From NCBI GenBank assembly GCA_045047115.1, contig JASFYR010000019.1, positions 1 to 64,000 of the forward strand: 64,000 bases of DNA, given 5' to 3'. Under the pieces are notes generated by a model. The model saw nothing but the letters and a program-made list of their open reading frames with translations. It was not told the origin of the DNA and searched no databases. Shown piece after piece: positions 42,710-52,714 of this stretch; within the stretch, counting starts at the first letter, position 1; each line of letters begins with the position of its first letter. The translations under genes were made by a program, and so were the position numbers. Source of the DNA: Sulfurospirillum sp. Lineage in GTDB: Bacteria; Campylobacterota; Campylobacteria; Campylobacterales; Sulfurospirillaceae.

Positions 42710-44512
42710 ATGACAATTCAACTACTTAGAAAAATAGCCAGAGTATTAATTTTGCTATTTTTTATAAATATAACTCTATATGCCGCATTTCCAAAACAAA
42801 ATATTTTATCTCCGGAAGATGCTTTTAAGGTCAGCTCAGTCCAAACAGATAAAGGCGTAGATATAAAAATTAAACTTGGTGAAAAGATGTATGCTTATGA
42901 CAATAAGCTTCATGTTGAATTAGTTGCACCAAAAAAAGTTTTGTTGGATAAGGAATCTACTCGTCCAAAACCTGTGAAATTTCATGAATTTATAGTGCAT
43001 AGAAAAGATATAAATATAATTATACCGATGAGTGTTATCCGAAAATATGTAAAAAATGGAAAATATAAAATAAAAGTTTTATATCAAGGTTGCTCAGAGC
43101 GGGGACTCTGCTATTCACCTATGAGTAATACCTATGAATATTCACTATTGAAAAAAGTCCAAAACACCAAGAAGCAGAAGACAGCCAAGATAATTACTAA
43201 TGTTTCCCAGGAAGATACGATAGCCCAAAGTATAAAAAACAGTAGCTTTTTTATAGTATTGTTAACATTTTTCGGTTTTGGTTTACTGCTCTCTTTGACA
43301 CCTTGTGTTTTTCCTATGATTCCGATACTCTCTTCGGTTATAGTTTCACAATCTGATAAAAATATGAATGCTAAAAAAGCTTTTTTTCTGTCATTGGTGT
43401 ATGTTTTAGCCATGTCATTGGCATACACTATAGCCGGTGTTTTGGCAGGTTTGTTTGGTGCAAATATTCAAACTGCTCTTCAAGACCCTTGGGTATTGTC
43501 TGTTTTTAGTTTGGTTTTTGTGCTTTTATCGCTCTCTATGTTTGGTTTTTATGAGATACAGATGCCCTCTTTCATTCAGTCTAAACTATCTAAAAGAAGC
43601 AACAATAACAAAGGAGGAGTCATAGGCGTTGCAATTATGGGCTTTTTGTCTGCACTGATAGTTGGACCTTGTGTGGCTGCACCACTTGCGGGAGCACTTA
43701 TATATATTGGTCAAAGCGGAGATGCATTGCTAGGTGGAGCTGCATTGTTTGTTATGAGCTTAGGTATGGGAATTCCACTTTTGATTATTGGAGCGGGCGC
43801 AGGAAAGTTTATGCCTCATCCTGGAGTTTGGATGGATAATATAAAGGCAATATTTGGTGTGTTGATGCTGGCTGTTGCTATATATATGCTTTCTCGCATA
43901 TTGGATTCTCAAATTACTATGCTTTTGTGGATGGCACTGTTATTGATTACTTCTGTATACATGGGAGCACTTGAGCCTTTAAAAGAAAACTCTTCGGGTT
44001 GGTCTAAGCTTTTTAAGGGTCTGGGCATCATTGTTTTTATATATTCTCTGTTTTTATTTGTAGGCGCAATGCGAGGCACAACAAATCCACTAAACCCACT
44101 AGAAGAAAAGAGTGCTCAAATACTTCAAATTCAAAATTCAAATATGACAGCAGAACATGCTGTATTTAAAATAGTAAAAACTTTGGATGAATTAGATAAG
44201 ATTGTTAAAAATTCTAAAAAACCTGTTATGATTGATTTTTATGCTGATTGGTGTATCAGCTGTAAAGAGTTGGATGAAAAAACTTTTAAAGATGTTCAGG
44301 TAAGAAATAAAATGGATAGATTTAATTTAATAAGGATAGATGTTACAAAGAATGATTTGGAAGATAAAAAGCTTTTAAAAAGATTTAATGTTTTCGGTCC
44401 TCCTGCAATTATATTTTTCAAAAATGGCAAAGAATTAAAATCTTTAAAAGTTGTAGGATATAAAAATGCAGAGGAATTTGCACCTCAATTAGATAAGGTA
44501 TTGGCAAAATGA
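42710..44512 (+). CDS. dsbD: Protein-disulfide reductase DsbD
   Basis: QGCSERGLCY, LTPCVFPMIPI, GPCVAAP, FYADWCISC thioredoxin domain. Confidence 0.96.
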   Translation: MTIQLLRKIARVLILLFFINITLYAAFPKQNILSPEDAFKVSSVQTDKGVDIKIKLGEKMYAYDNKLHVELVAPKKVLLDKESTRPKPVKFHEFIVHRKDINIIIPMSVIRKYVKNGKYKIKVLYQGCSERGLCYSPMSNTYEYSLLKKVQNTKKQKTAKIITNVSQEDTIAQSIKNSSFFIVLLTFFGFGLLLSLTPCVFPMIPILSSVIVSQSDKNMNAKKAFFLSLVYVLAMSLAYTIAGVLAGLFGANIQTALQDPWVLSVFSLVFVLLSLSMFGFYEIQMPSFIQSKLSKRSNNNKGGVIGVAIMGFLSALIVGPCVAAPLAGALIYIGQSGDALLGGAALFVMSLGMGIPLLIIGAGAGKFMPHPGVWMDNIKAIFGVLMLAVAIYMLSRILDSQITMLLWMALLLITSVYMGALEPLKENSSGWSKLFKGLGIIVFIYSLFLFVGAMRGTTNPLNPLEEKSAQILQIQNSNMTAEHAVFKIVKTLDELDKIVKNSKKPVMIDFYADWCISCKELDEKTFKDVQVRNKMDRFNLIRIDVTKNDLEDKKLLKRFNVFGPPAIIFFKNGKELKSLKVVGYKNAEEFAPQLDKVLAK

Positions 44513-44799
44513 AAGTGGTTTTGATAGTTGATGTTCAGAACCTTGATGATAAGATAGTTTTTGACAAACATCTTAAAAGAGAAGGTTTTATAGGGGTTGA
44601 AGGAGAAGAGTTTGCTTATGAGGGTGAGGCACATACTCATTTGTTTAATACAAGAGCTTATATATTGGAGGTTGTAACAAAAGCTTTAGCCAAAATCTCT
44701 TTTGATAGTTGTGGAATAATTTTCCAAATTGGTGAGAATCCTATCGAAGCATATGTCTTTAATATGGAGAAAAAAGAGTTTCTAAAAGCCAAAGTTTAA
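44509..44799 (+). CDS. Hypothetical 96-aa protein, possibly Cas2/VapD-like ferredoxin fold
   Basis: ATGA overlap with dsbD; MKVVLIVDV...KHLKREGF...FAYEG pattern. Confidence 0.7.
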   Translation: MKVVLIVDVQNLDDKIVFDKHLKREGFIGVEGEEFAYEGEAHTHLFNTRAYILEVVTKALAKISFDSCGIIFQIGENPIEAYVFNMEKKEFLKAKV

Positions 44800-44803
44800 T
44801 TTA

Positions 44804-44819
44804 TGGAACTTTTTTTGCT
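44804..44819 (+). promoter_or_regulatory. Sigma54 (RpoN) promoter of flgH
   Basis: TGGAACTTTTTTTGCT: GG-N10-GC with the epsilon-type GGAA -24 box. Confidence 0.8.
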
Positions 44820-44893
44820 TTAAACTATATCAATAGACTTATCGCAATATATCTTTATATCGCAACAAGTCTAATAAAAATACTGAGAGAAAC

Positions 44894-45604
44894 ATGAAAA
44901 AAACCATGATATTGATTTTTGCAGCACTGCTGTTTATTGGTTGTTCGGTTCATCCTGCTGATCCTAAAATAACTATGAAGGCTCCTGTGTATGTTGATCA
45001 GCTTCCTCCAAAAGTAAATGATACACCAAGATCAAATCCTGGAAGTCTTTTTGGACAAGGGGATAATCCTCTTTTTGCTGATTTAAAGGCTATGCACATA
45101 AATGATATAGTTACAATTGTAATAAGTGAAAACATAGCCCAAAGCTCAAAGGCAAAAAGAGATCTGACAAAAAACAGCAAAGATTCACTAGGTGGAGGAT
45201 TGTTCACAAGTGGAGGCTCAAATGCTGCTGTAAATAGTATTGCAAACAAAATAAACGGCATTACAAATATTGGTTTTCAAACAGGCTCTACAAACTCTTT
45301 TGCAGGAAGTGGTACAAATAGTAGAGATGAAAAGTTTACCACAACAATTTCTGCAAGAATTATTAAAATACTAAATAATGGAAATTATTTTATAGAAGGC
45401 AGCAGAGAGCTTTTGCTAAATGGAGAAAAACAGATTATCCAGATAAGCGGAGTTATAAGACCTTATGATATTGATCAAACTAATACTATTGATTCTAAAT
45501 ATATCGCAGATGCCAAGATACTCTATAAAACACAAGGGGATATGAATCAAAATATGAAGAAACCATGGGGTTCAAGACTTATGGAGTCAATTTGGCCTTT
45601 TTAA
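44894..45604 (+). CDS. flgH: Flagellar L-ring protein FlgH
   Basis: Lipobox FIGC, GSLF, LFAD.KA..INDIVTI, NGN..IEG, GVIRPYDI...N.IDS..IADAKI.Y. Confidence 0.96.
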   Translation: MKKTMILIFAALLFIGCSVHPADPKITMKAPVYVDQLPPKVNDTPRSNPGSLFGQGDNPLFADLKAMHINDIVTIVISENIAQSSKAKRDLTKNSKDSLGGGLFTSGGSNAAVNSIANKINGITNIGFQTGSTNSFAGSGTNSRDEKFTTTISARIIKILNNGNYFIEGSRELLLNGEKQIIQISGVIRPYDIDQTNTIDSKYIADAKILYKTQGDMNQNMKKPWGSRLMESIWPF

Positions 45605-46842
45605 TTTTTTACGGCTTTTGCAAGATCCCACATAGGCATAAAGATACCAAGCGCCATTAGTAAAACCATACCGGCAATAAAACCAAGAAGTATAGGCTCA
45701 ATATAGCTTGAGATATTGTCAATAATCTCATTAAATCTTGATTTAAAATAATCTGTTACTTTTTCAAGCATTTTATCGAGTGTACCGCTTTGTTCGCCTG
45801 CTTGTATCATCTGGATAAGCATCCCCTCAAAAAGACCAGTTTCCCTAAATGCTTCAGTTAGAGAGATACCTCTTTGGACTGAAACATTAACGCTTGTCAG
45901 CCTCTGTTTTAAATACATATTATCCAAAGTCAATAAAGATGTTTCAAGTGCATCGGCTATTGGGATTCCTGAACGAATTAGTTCTGTGAAAACTAAAGTA
46001 AATCTTGCCATGGTGGCATAAAATACAATATTTCCTATCAAATATATCTTAAGTATATATTTATCATATTTCTTCTTGAACTCTTCATTATTTGCAAGCA
46101 TATATTTGAAAAAAACTATAGTCAGAATTATAAACCCGAGAAGATAAAAACCATAGTTATGTATGATATTTTCCAAAAATAGAAGTATCTTTGTTGGCAA
46201 AGGCAGTTCTGTTTTGAATTTTGAAAAAATTTCTTTGAATTTTGGAACAACATATACCATTAAAATGGTAAAAGCGATTGCAATAGCTACCATTACTGTG
46301 ATAGGGTATCTCATAGCTTTTTTAAATTTTTGTCGATTTTCTTCCATCTCTTCAAGAATTTCTGCTAATTTTTCCAAAGATTCTGACATATTTCCCGTAC
46401 TCTCTCCAAGTTCAACCATAGCCAGAGTTACATCTCCCAGGTCTGTTCTGAAAGGCATCATGGATTGTGTGAGACTAAGTCCTGAATTTAGATCATCATT
46501 GATGCTCTCAAATATATCTTTAAGGGTTTTATCAACACTTGCTTTTGCTACTTCTTTGATACTGTCATGTATAGATATACCAGCATTTGTCATAACGGCC
46601 AATTGCCTGATAGCCGCTATTAGAGCTTTTATATTGATTTTTTTCTTTATGATAGATTTTACAAATTTAGCTTTAAAATCTGAAAATTTATCTTCAACAG
46701 GAGCCGAAGCAGTTTTGATATTTAAAAGAATTCCAGGTATTTTTGTTTTTGCAATCGTTATCGCATCTCTTTTGTTTGGTGCTTTGATAACTTTTGTCTC
46801 TTTCTTGCCCTTAAATAGTGATGTTACTTCAAAATAATTCAT
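45601..46842 (-). CDS. Type II/IV secretion platform protein (PilC/GspF/MshG; CtsF-like)
   Basis: RQLAVMTNAGI, GESTGNM, AMRYP, AGEQSGTLDKML, IEP, IFMPMW. Confidence 0.93.
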   Translation of the reverse strand: MNYFEVTSLFKGKKETKVIKAPNKRDAITIAKTKIPGILLNIKTASAPVEDKFSDFKAKFVKSIIKKKINIKALIAAIRQLAVMTNAGISIHDSIKEVAKASVDKTLKDIFESINDDLNSGLSLTQSMMPFRTDLGDVTLAMVELGESTGNMSESLEKLAEILEEMEENRQKFKKAMRYPITVMVAIAIAFTILMVYVVPKFKEIFSKFKTELPLPTKILLFLENIIHNYGFYLLGFIILTIVFFKYMLANNEEFKKKYDKYILKIYLIGNIVFYATMARFTLVFTELIRSGIPIADALETSLLTLDNMYLKQRLTSVNVSVQRGISLTEAFRETGLFEGMLIQMIQAGEQSGTLDKMLEKVTDYFKSRFNEIIDNISSYIEPILLGFIAGMVLLMALGIFMPMWDLAKAVKN

Positions 46843-48587
46843 CCTTTTGCCACCCTTACAACTTCTTCGATAGTTGTTATGCCTTTAGAGGCCCTTAAAA
46901 TTCCATCTTTGTACATATCAACAAAGCCTTCATCCAAGGCTTGTTGTTTTATCTCCTCTTTACTTCTTCCTTGTGCAATCATACTGGAAATTTTTTCACT
47001 GACTATTAAAATCTCAGAGAGCATTTCTCTCCCGATATAACCGGTTTGTGAACACTTTTCACATCCATTTTGTTTATAAAACTGAAAATCCCTCGGAAGA
47101 AAATCCTTTATGTCCTCATAGGCAGTTTTTGGAAGAGTAATCTCTGTTTTGCAGTGTGGGCAGAGTTTACGCACAAGTCTTTGTGCCTCAATTGCAACTA
47201 AAGAACCACTAAGCAGATATGGCTCTATTCCCATATCCATAACTCTTGTAACTGCGCTTATCGCATCATTTGTATGAAGTGTAGAAAATACCAAGTGGCC
47301 AGTCAATGCAGCTTGAACAGCAATTCGCAGAGTCTCTTGATCTCTAACTTCACCAATCATTATAATATCCGGATCTTGTCTTAAAATTGATCTTAGAGCA
47401 GAAGCAAAAGTTAGATTTGCCTTTTCATTAACCTGGACTTGTTGTATAAGATTTAATTGGTACTCAACTGGGTCTTCAACAGTTATGATTTTGGTTTCTA
47501 CATTTTTTATCGCATTTAGTGCTGCGTATAGAGTGGTGGTTTTACCGCTGCCTGTAGGACCGGTAACAAAAATTATACCAAATGGAGCTCTCATTGCTGT
47601 GCTGAATTTTTCAAAATTATTTTTATGCATACCTAAAGATTCCAGTTTTATCATAACTTTTGATTTGTCCAAAATACGCATAACTATGGATTCTCCATGC
47701 AGTATAGGGAGTGTTGAAATTCTAAAATCATACTCTTTTCCAAGAATTGTTGCTGAAAATCTGCCGTCTTGGGGTTTTCTTTTTTCTGCAATATCCATAT
47801 TTGAAAGAAGTTTAAGGCGAGAGGCAAGAGGTGGATATATATCTTTATCAAAAATAAATGTTTCGGTAAGCATACCATCAATTCGGCTTCTGACCACACA
47901 GTTGTTTTTCGTTGGCTCTACATGTATATCACTGGCCCTGGCTAAAATTGAAGTTTTTAGTATAACCTCTATCAGTTTTAATATTCCTGAGGAATCCTGA
48001 GGATTTTCACTAGCATTTGAAGTTATCTCTTTTCTTATTTCTGCTATTAATTCTTTTATGCTGTCGCCGAGCTCTATCTTATTTATATATTTCTCTATAA
48101 GTGATGGTTCGCTTATGACTGTTTTTACAAGTTTTCTAGGAAAAATTCTCTGGATAGCCTCTTGTGCATTGAGATCAATTGGATCTTTGAATGCCACATA
48201 GACATTGATCTCATCCTCTTTTACAGGCAGTGCATGAAATTTTCTTAATTGTGCAAATGGAAGTTTTGAAACCATTCTGTGGTTTATATCGATAGAATCC
48301 AGATCAATATATATTGCGTTTAGATTTTTTGCCAACTCTTTCAAGAAGTCTTCAATGTCAACTGCAAAATATCTATTTATGTCTTCTATTTGGATATTGC
48401 CTTTTTTGTAAAATTCTACAATCAAAAGCAAAAGATCAGATTTTTCAAAGAGGTTTCTATCCAAAAGAATTTCATATATATCTTTATTTTTTTCTTCTGA
48501 TTCATTTTTAACTATGGAAGCAGTATTTTCATCTAAAATTCTATTTTTAATTAAATAATCCAATAAAGATAGATTCATATTACTCAT
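46839..48587 (-). CDS. GspE/PilB/MshE assembly ATPase (CtsE-like)
   Basis: ASDIHVEP, DIAEKRKPQDGR, GPTGSGKTTTLY, TVEDPVEY, LRQDPD, TGHLVFSTLHTN, tetracysteine motif. Confidence 0.96.
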   Translation of the reverse strand: MSNMNLSLLDYLIKNRILDENTASIVKNESEEKNKDIYEILLDRNLFEKSDLLLLIVEFYKKGNIQIEDINRYFAVDIEDFLKELAKNLNAIYIDLDSIDINHRMVSKLPFAQLRKFHALPVKEDEINVYVAFKDPIDLNAQEAIQRIFPRKLVKTVISEPSLIEKYINKIELGDSIKELIAEIRKEITSNASENPQDSSGILKLIEVILKTSILARASDIHVEPTKNNCVVRSRIDGMLTETFIFDKDIYPPLASRLKLLSNMDIAEKRKPQDGRFSATILGKEYDFRISTLPILHGESIVMRILDKSKVMIKLESLGMHKNNFEKFSTAMRAPFGIIFVTGPTGSGKTTTLYAALNAIKNVETKIITVEDPVEYQLNLIQQVQVNEKANLTFASALRSILRQDPDIIMIGEVRDQETLRIAVQAALTGHLVFSTLHTNDAISAVTRVMDMGIEPYLLSGSLVAIEAQRLVRKLCPHCKTEITLPKTAYEDIKDFLPRDFQFYKQNGCEKCSQTGYIGREMLSEILIVSEKISSMIAQGRSKEEIKQQALDEGFVDMYKDGILRASKGITTIEEVVRVAKG

Positions 48588-48591
48588 GTTG

Positions 48592-49143
48592 TTACCAATA
48601 TACTCTTATTTTTATTATTTTATTATTTTTATAGGTTCTTAGATACATTTTTTTTATATTGTTTCTCTCTTCGAGGGAGAGTCTGTATTTGATAGCAATA
48701 TTTTTATCATCACTAAACCAATATGATCCATTTTTTAAATCATACTCGCCTTTTACGAATTTGTCAAAAATTTTAGATAAAATATAGTTTGTTTTAGGAA
48801 GATTTATATATGATATATCAATATTATTGCATAGTGCATAATATAGCATTTTCTTCTGATAGAGTATAGTTGTGAAATAAGCGGCATTTTCTCTTGCCTG
48901 CTTTGTTTTGTATAGTTTGATTATCGGTAGCACCATTCTATTGACCATATCTGATTTTAGACAAGAATCAGCAAACATATTCAAAAAATTTTCATCATTT
49001 TTAAATGCAACATACATACTGCCTGAGAGGGAACACACTTTTGCATATTTTTTATTTATATAGAGTTTTTTGATATCATTTAAAGTATAGGCAAATGAGA
49101 TATTTATAAAAATAAAACAAAAAACAAAAATTTTTTTAGTCAT
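48592..49143 (-). CDS. Secreted/periplasmic hypothetical protein in the pilus operon
   Basis: Signal peptide ending SFA; overlaps the upstream gene. Confidence 0.75.
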   Translation of the reverse strand: MTKKIFVFCFIFINISFAYTLNDIKKLYINKKYAKVCSLSGSMYVAFKNDENFLNMFADSCLKSDMVNRMVLPIIKLYKTKQARENAAYFTTILYQKKMLYYALCNNIDISYINLPKTNYILSKIFDKFVKGEYDLKNGSYWFSDDKNIAIKYRLSLEERNNIKKMYLRTYKNNKIIKIRVYW

Positions 49144-50029
49144 TTAACACTCCGTTAATTATATCACGCAAAAGAGATTTGATATTTTCCGAACTGTTTG
49201 TTTTCAGAAAAGATCTAAGTGCTTTAACTGCATCATTTTTTTGATGTAGTCTGTATTTTGATTTTGCAAACCAAATCCAACTTCTTTCGCTACTGCTGTC
49301 TATATCATTTGCTATAATCGACCATTTCAAAGAATTTCGATAATCCTTCTGTTGATAATAGTTTTCGCAAAGCATTAAGGCAAATACAATATCATGCGTT
49401 CTCTTAAACTTGTTGTTAAGATATTTAATTGAATCAATATCCTTCATCTCTATATTGATTTTTGGCTTTTTCTTCTCTCCATCTGTTATTGTAGCATTTT
49501 TCTTTGTATTTTTAGCTATCTTATCATTTTTTTTATTGGTTTTTGCTACTGTAATATCATGGAATGGGTAGAAAAAGATCAAACTTCTTCTATTTGAGTG
49601 GTCTATTACAAAGGTGTTTGACGGACGAATTCTAAATACAAAATTTTCTTGTGTATTGTTCTTTTTTTTTGGTATTACAGTTTTATTTAAATCATCAGAG
49701 GAAATATATTCGCTTTTTTGGACTTTAACTGTTGTGTTTTTTTCTGCAGTTTTTATAGGTTGCTTTGATGCTAAAATGCTATTTTTTTTCAAGCTTGTAT
49801 TTTGATCTTTTTTTAAAAAAAGAGTACTTATATTTTTTTCGGCAATTTTTTCTATAGGTTGCATTTTTTTGATTTGAATTTTTGATTTGTAAAAGTAAAA
49901 AATGTAGTATGTAGCAGATGAGGCAAATAGAGTAAAAAACAGAGCAATAAGAAAAGATTTGAATCTTTTCTTTAAAATGTATCTGGAATATTTTTTCTCC
50001 AAATCTGCTATATCTTTTGTGCTAAGCAT
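49136..50029 (-). CDS. Membrane-anchored TPR protein (MshN/CtsX-like)
   Basis: N-terminal TM, low-complexity linker, C-terminal TPR (YYQQKDYRNSLKW, SWIWFAKSKY). Confidence 0.75.
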   Translation of the reverse strand: MLSTKDIADLEKKYSRYILKKRFKSFLIALFFTLFASSATYYIFYFYKSKIQIKKMQPIEKIAEKNISTLFLKKDQNTSLKKNSILASKQPIKTAEKNTTVKVQKSEYISSDDLNKTVIPKKKNNTQENFVFRIRPSNTFVIDHSNRRSLIFFYPFHDITVAKTNKKNDKIAKNTKKNATITDGEKKKPKINIEMKDIDSIKYLNNKFKRTHDIVFALMLCENYYQQKDYRNSLKWSIIANDIDSSSERSWIWFAKSKYRLHQKNDAVKALRSFLKTNSSENIKSLLRDIINGVLND

Positions 50030-50834
50030 CAATCATCCCTTGCGAAATTCCTGCCATTTCAAGATATTTTATTTGTAGTGATCTTTGGTTTATTTTTGAT
50101 GGATTTGAAGTATCATAGTATTCTAAAATTTCGAATAATTTAAATAAAAGTTTGTTTATAGTTCTCAGGTTGCCTTTGGTAAGTTTCATAATCATCTTTA
50201 AATGCTTCTCTTTAAATAGAGAAAGATACTCAAATTTATTGTGAAATATCAATTTTTTTTCTATATATGTTTTAACTTCTATATAGTTGGAATTTTCCAA
50301 CTCAATACTCTCCCAAATACGAGTTTTAAAATAATCTTTTGCAAGAATGTCTTCTTCATCGGTCTTATGCACAGTAAAGAGGAATTTAAATTTTCTAGAA
50401 TCTGCCATAAGCCTGATTTTCTCGATTAAGTCACCCGGATAAAGTTGAGATTCGTCCATGAGTACTGTGGTTGCAACTCTGTTTTTATCTAATTTTTTTG
50501 TAACTATTGATAAAAATTCATCGTAGCCACTAAATTTTGGTGCAGTTTCTTTGAAACTTTTTTTGTATAAAACTTTTAGAAATTCAATCTCATCAAAAAA
50601 AGGTCTTGGAAGAAAAATGATATTTTTCTTTTTTTTAAAATCATTATATATTTTTTGCAGAAGAAATGTTTTTCCTGTGCCTGGTTTACCGTAAAACAAG
50701 ATAAGCTTTAATGGTTTGTTTATGGCCTGTATAAGCTTATCATACGCGATAGATGATTTGTCCAGATTTACATAATCAAAAACTTCACCATCTAGAAAAA
50801 TATTTTTTAAATCAGAATATTGACTTTTATTCAT
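50022..50834 (-). CDS. ExeA/MshM-type AAA ATPase (CtsP-like)
   Basis: YGKPGTGKT, LMDESQ, LTKGNLRTINKL. Confidence 0.85.
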   Translation of the reverse strand: MNKSQYSDLKNIFLDGEVFDYVNLDKSSIAYDKLIQAINKPLKLILFYGKPGTGKTFLLQKIYNDFKKKKNIIFLPRPFFDEIEFLKVLYKKSFKETAPKFSGYDEFLSIVTKKLDKNRVATTVLMDESQLYPGDLIEKIRLMADSRKFKFLFTVHKTDEEDILAKDYFKTRIWESIELENSNYIEVKTYIEKKLIFHNKFEYLSLFKEKHLKMIMKLTKGNLRTINKLLFKLFEILEYYDTSNPSKINQRSLQIKYLEMAGISQGMIDA

Positions 50835-52308
50835 ACATTCTCTTGGAAAAGCCTAACTCTCTTAAAGAGGTTTTTGTTACACCGTTTACACCAATTATTT
50901 TAGGAGTTATAACAAAAATTAGCTCTTGTGAAGTCAAACTATCGCCAGTATGTTTAAAAGCATTACCCAAGATAGGGATATCACTAAGTAGAGGTACTCC
51001 GGAGTTTGCCTTCCCTTTTGAATTTGTTATTAAGCCACCTAATATTATTGTACTTCCGTTTTTTACTCTAACAACGGTAGAAAGCTTTTTCTCTGAAGTG
51101 TCAGGCGCTATTTCTCTCGGAACTGTTTGCTTTCCGTCATCCACGCTATATTTAAAATTGCTTACTGATGGATTAATTCTCAGTATTATTTCACCATTAT
51201 TGGATATTTCGGGTGTTATGTTTAAGAGTACTCCTATAAATATAGAATAATTTTTATATGTTGTTATTGTAGGTGCATTTGATGTGTTGCTTGTTGAATT
51301 TTCAGGTACACGATAATTTATATTGTCTCCGACTGTTATTAGTGCTTGTTGATTGTTTAGGGTTAAAACTTTTGGACTTGAAACTGTTTTGGTGTTTCCA
51401 TAAGTCTTAAGAAAATCAATTAAACCTGACATTGTAAATAAATTTTTACTTATTACGGTATATGTATTTGTATAGTTTAGAGCTTTTAGAGGAGTTGTGC
51501 CTGTTCCATTAAGATTGAAATCTGCAGTGTTATTTAAGGATAGATTAAACTTACTCCAGTCTATACCTGTAGAACTTTTGTTTTCAAGACTCACAGAGAG
51601 TATTGATACACTGATTAAGACCTGCTTATGAAGCCTTTTTCTGAGAATTTCTATATATTTTTCAACTCTATCAAGCTGTTTTTTTGTTGCGGTTACTGTT
51701 ATGATTCCAGCGCTCGAGTTTATGATTGGTTTATCGGCCTTGTATTTGTCTTCAGCAGTATTTAAAACAGCAGTCAGTTCGTCTGATATTTTTGCCCAAA
51801 AATCAAAAGTATCATTTGATGTTATTTTATTATCACCGTTTATAGTTCTTGTTCCACCTTCAGCCATGGGGGTTGCATCTACTGAAGCATTTAATACTGC
51901 GGTTCCATTTCTAACAGATGTTATGTAGTCTATATTAAATATTTTAGTGTTCAATGAAGAAATTTTTAAAAAATTTTGATCAAATGTATAGTATAAGTCA
52001 TTTTCCCCTACCAATAATTTGAAAAGTTCATTTAGTGAAAGATCTTTTATATTGACGCTGTCTAGGTTTTTTTTCAATATTTCTCTGGCAAAATCATCTT
52101 TTATAACAACTGTAAAATTACATGAATCAGCAAGTTGTGACAATAGGTCCATATTGCTTACCTTGTCATTTGTTTTAATGGTAAATGCTCTATATTCACA
52201 AGATTTATTGTTTTTTGCAGCATAAAGAGGGAAAACTGCAAAACAAGCTAAAACTATCAGTGAAAAAAGTTTTTTGTTATTTTGACGAAAATTTGATCTT
52301 AGACTCAT
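50827..52308 (-). CDS. mshL: Secretin, MSHA-type MshL (CtsD-like)
   Basis: TKIFNIDY, FW..I..EL, GIDWS, SSPKVLTLNNQQALI.VG, GV.L.ITP.I, GVPLLSDIPILGNAF, EL.FVITP. Confidence 0.9.
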   Translation of the reverse strand: MSLRSNFRQNNKKLFSLIVLACFAVFPLYAAKNNKSCEYRAFTIKTNDKVSNMDLLSQLADSCNFTVVIKDDFAREILKKNLDSVNIKDLSLNELFKLLVGENDLYYTFDQNFLKISSLNTKIFNIDYITSVRNGTAVLNASVDATPMAEGGTRTINGDNKITSNDTFDFWAKISDELTAVLNTAEDKYKADKPIINSSAGIITVTATKKQLDRVEKYIEILRKRLHKQVLISVSILSVSLENKSSTGIDWSKFNLSLNNTADFNLNGTGTTPLKALNYTNTYTVISKNLFTMSGLIDFLKTYGNTKTVSSPKVLTLNNQQALITVGDNINYRVPENSTSNTSNAPTITTYKNYSIFIGVLLNITPEISNNGEIILRINPSVSNFKYSVDDGKQTVPREIAPDTSEKKLSTVVRVKNGSTIILGGLITNSKGKANSGVPLLSDIPILGNAFKHTGDSLTSQELIFVITPKIIGVNGVTKTSLRELGFSKRMYE

Positions 52309-52714
52309 TGTCTTTCCTTATAAAAAGTTCTTTTTTTGTGTTTTGACTTCTTAATAAAACACTTCTTTTTTTTATTTTTATCAATCTGTACGCTCCAATT
52401 TTTGCACGCTTTTTGTACCACTTACCGTTTATCATAGCTTTCTTATTGAAAATCGCATCTAAATTATATATGATTTTTGCTTTTTTGGTCTTGTTTGTAT
52501 CACCAGCCTTTTTATATATAACTACAAAAGGATTTTTGATTTTATTTATAGTTTTTGCAGCAACACCGATTCTTGTTTCGCTTATTCTTTCAAAAATTTT
52601 ATTATACTGTTTTGTATTATTACCAAGATTTAAGTTTGCGCTTGAAAATAAAAAAGCCGGTAAAAAAAGTATGAAAATAAAAAGTATATTTTTAAAGTTG
52701 ATTAATTTTTTCAA
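52277..52714 (-). CDS. MshK/PilP-like (CtsR-like) protein
   Basis: Signal peptide, NPF, LDAIFNKKAMING; TTG start overlaps the upstream stop. Confidence 0.7.
   Translation of the reverse strand: MKKLINFKNILFIFILFLPAFLFSSANLNLGNNTKQYNKIFERISETRIGVAAKTINKIKNPFVVIYKKAGDTNKTKKAKIIYNLDAIFNKKAMINGKWYKKRAKIGAYRLIKIKKRSVLLRSQNTKKELFIRKDNESKIKFSSK

Noticed and set aside
46163..46837. 224-aa plus-strand ORF and the other antisense or alternate-frame ORFs in the track (e.g. 41492-41977, 47485-48000, 50753-51250, 59747-60217)
   Set aside because: They lie within or opposite well-supported genes, have Ser/Phe/Ile-rich shadow composition, and show no motifs.
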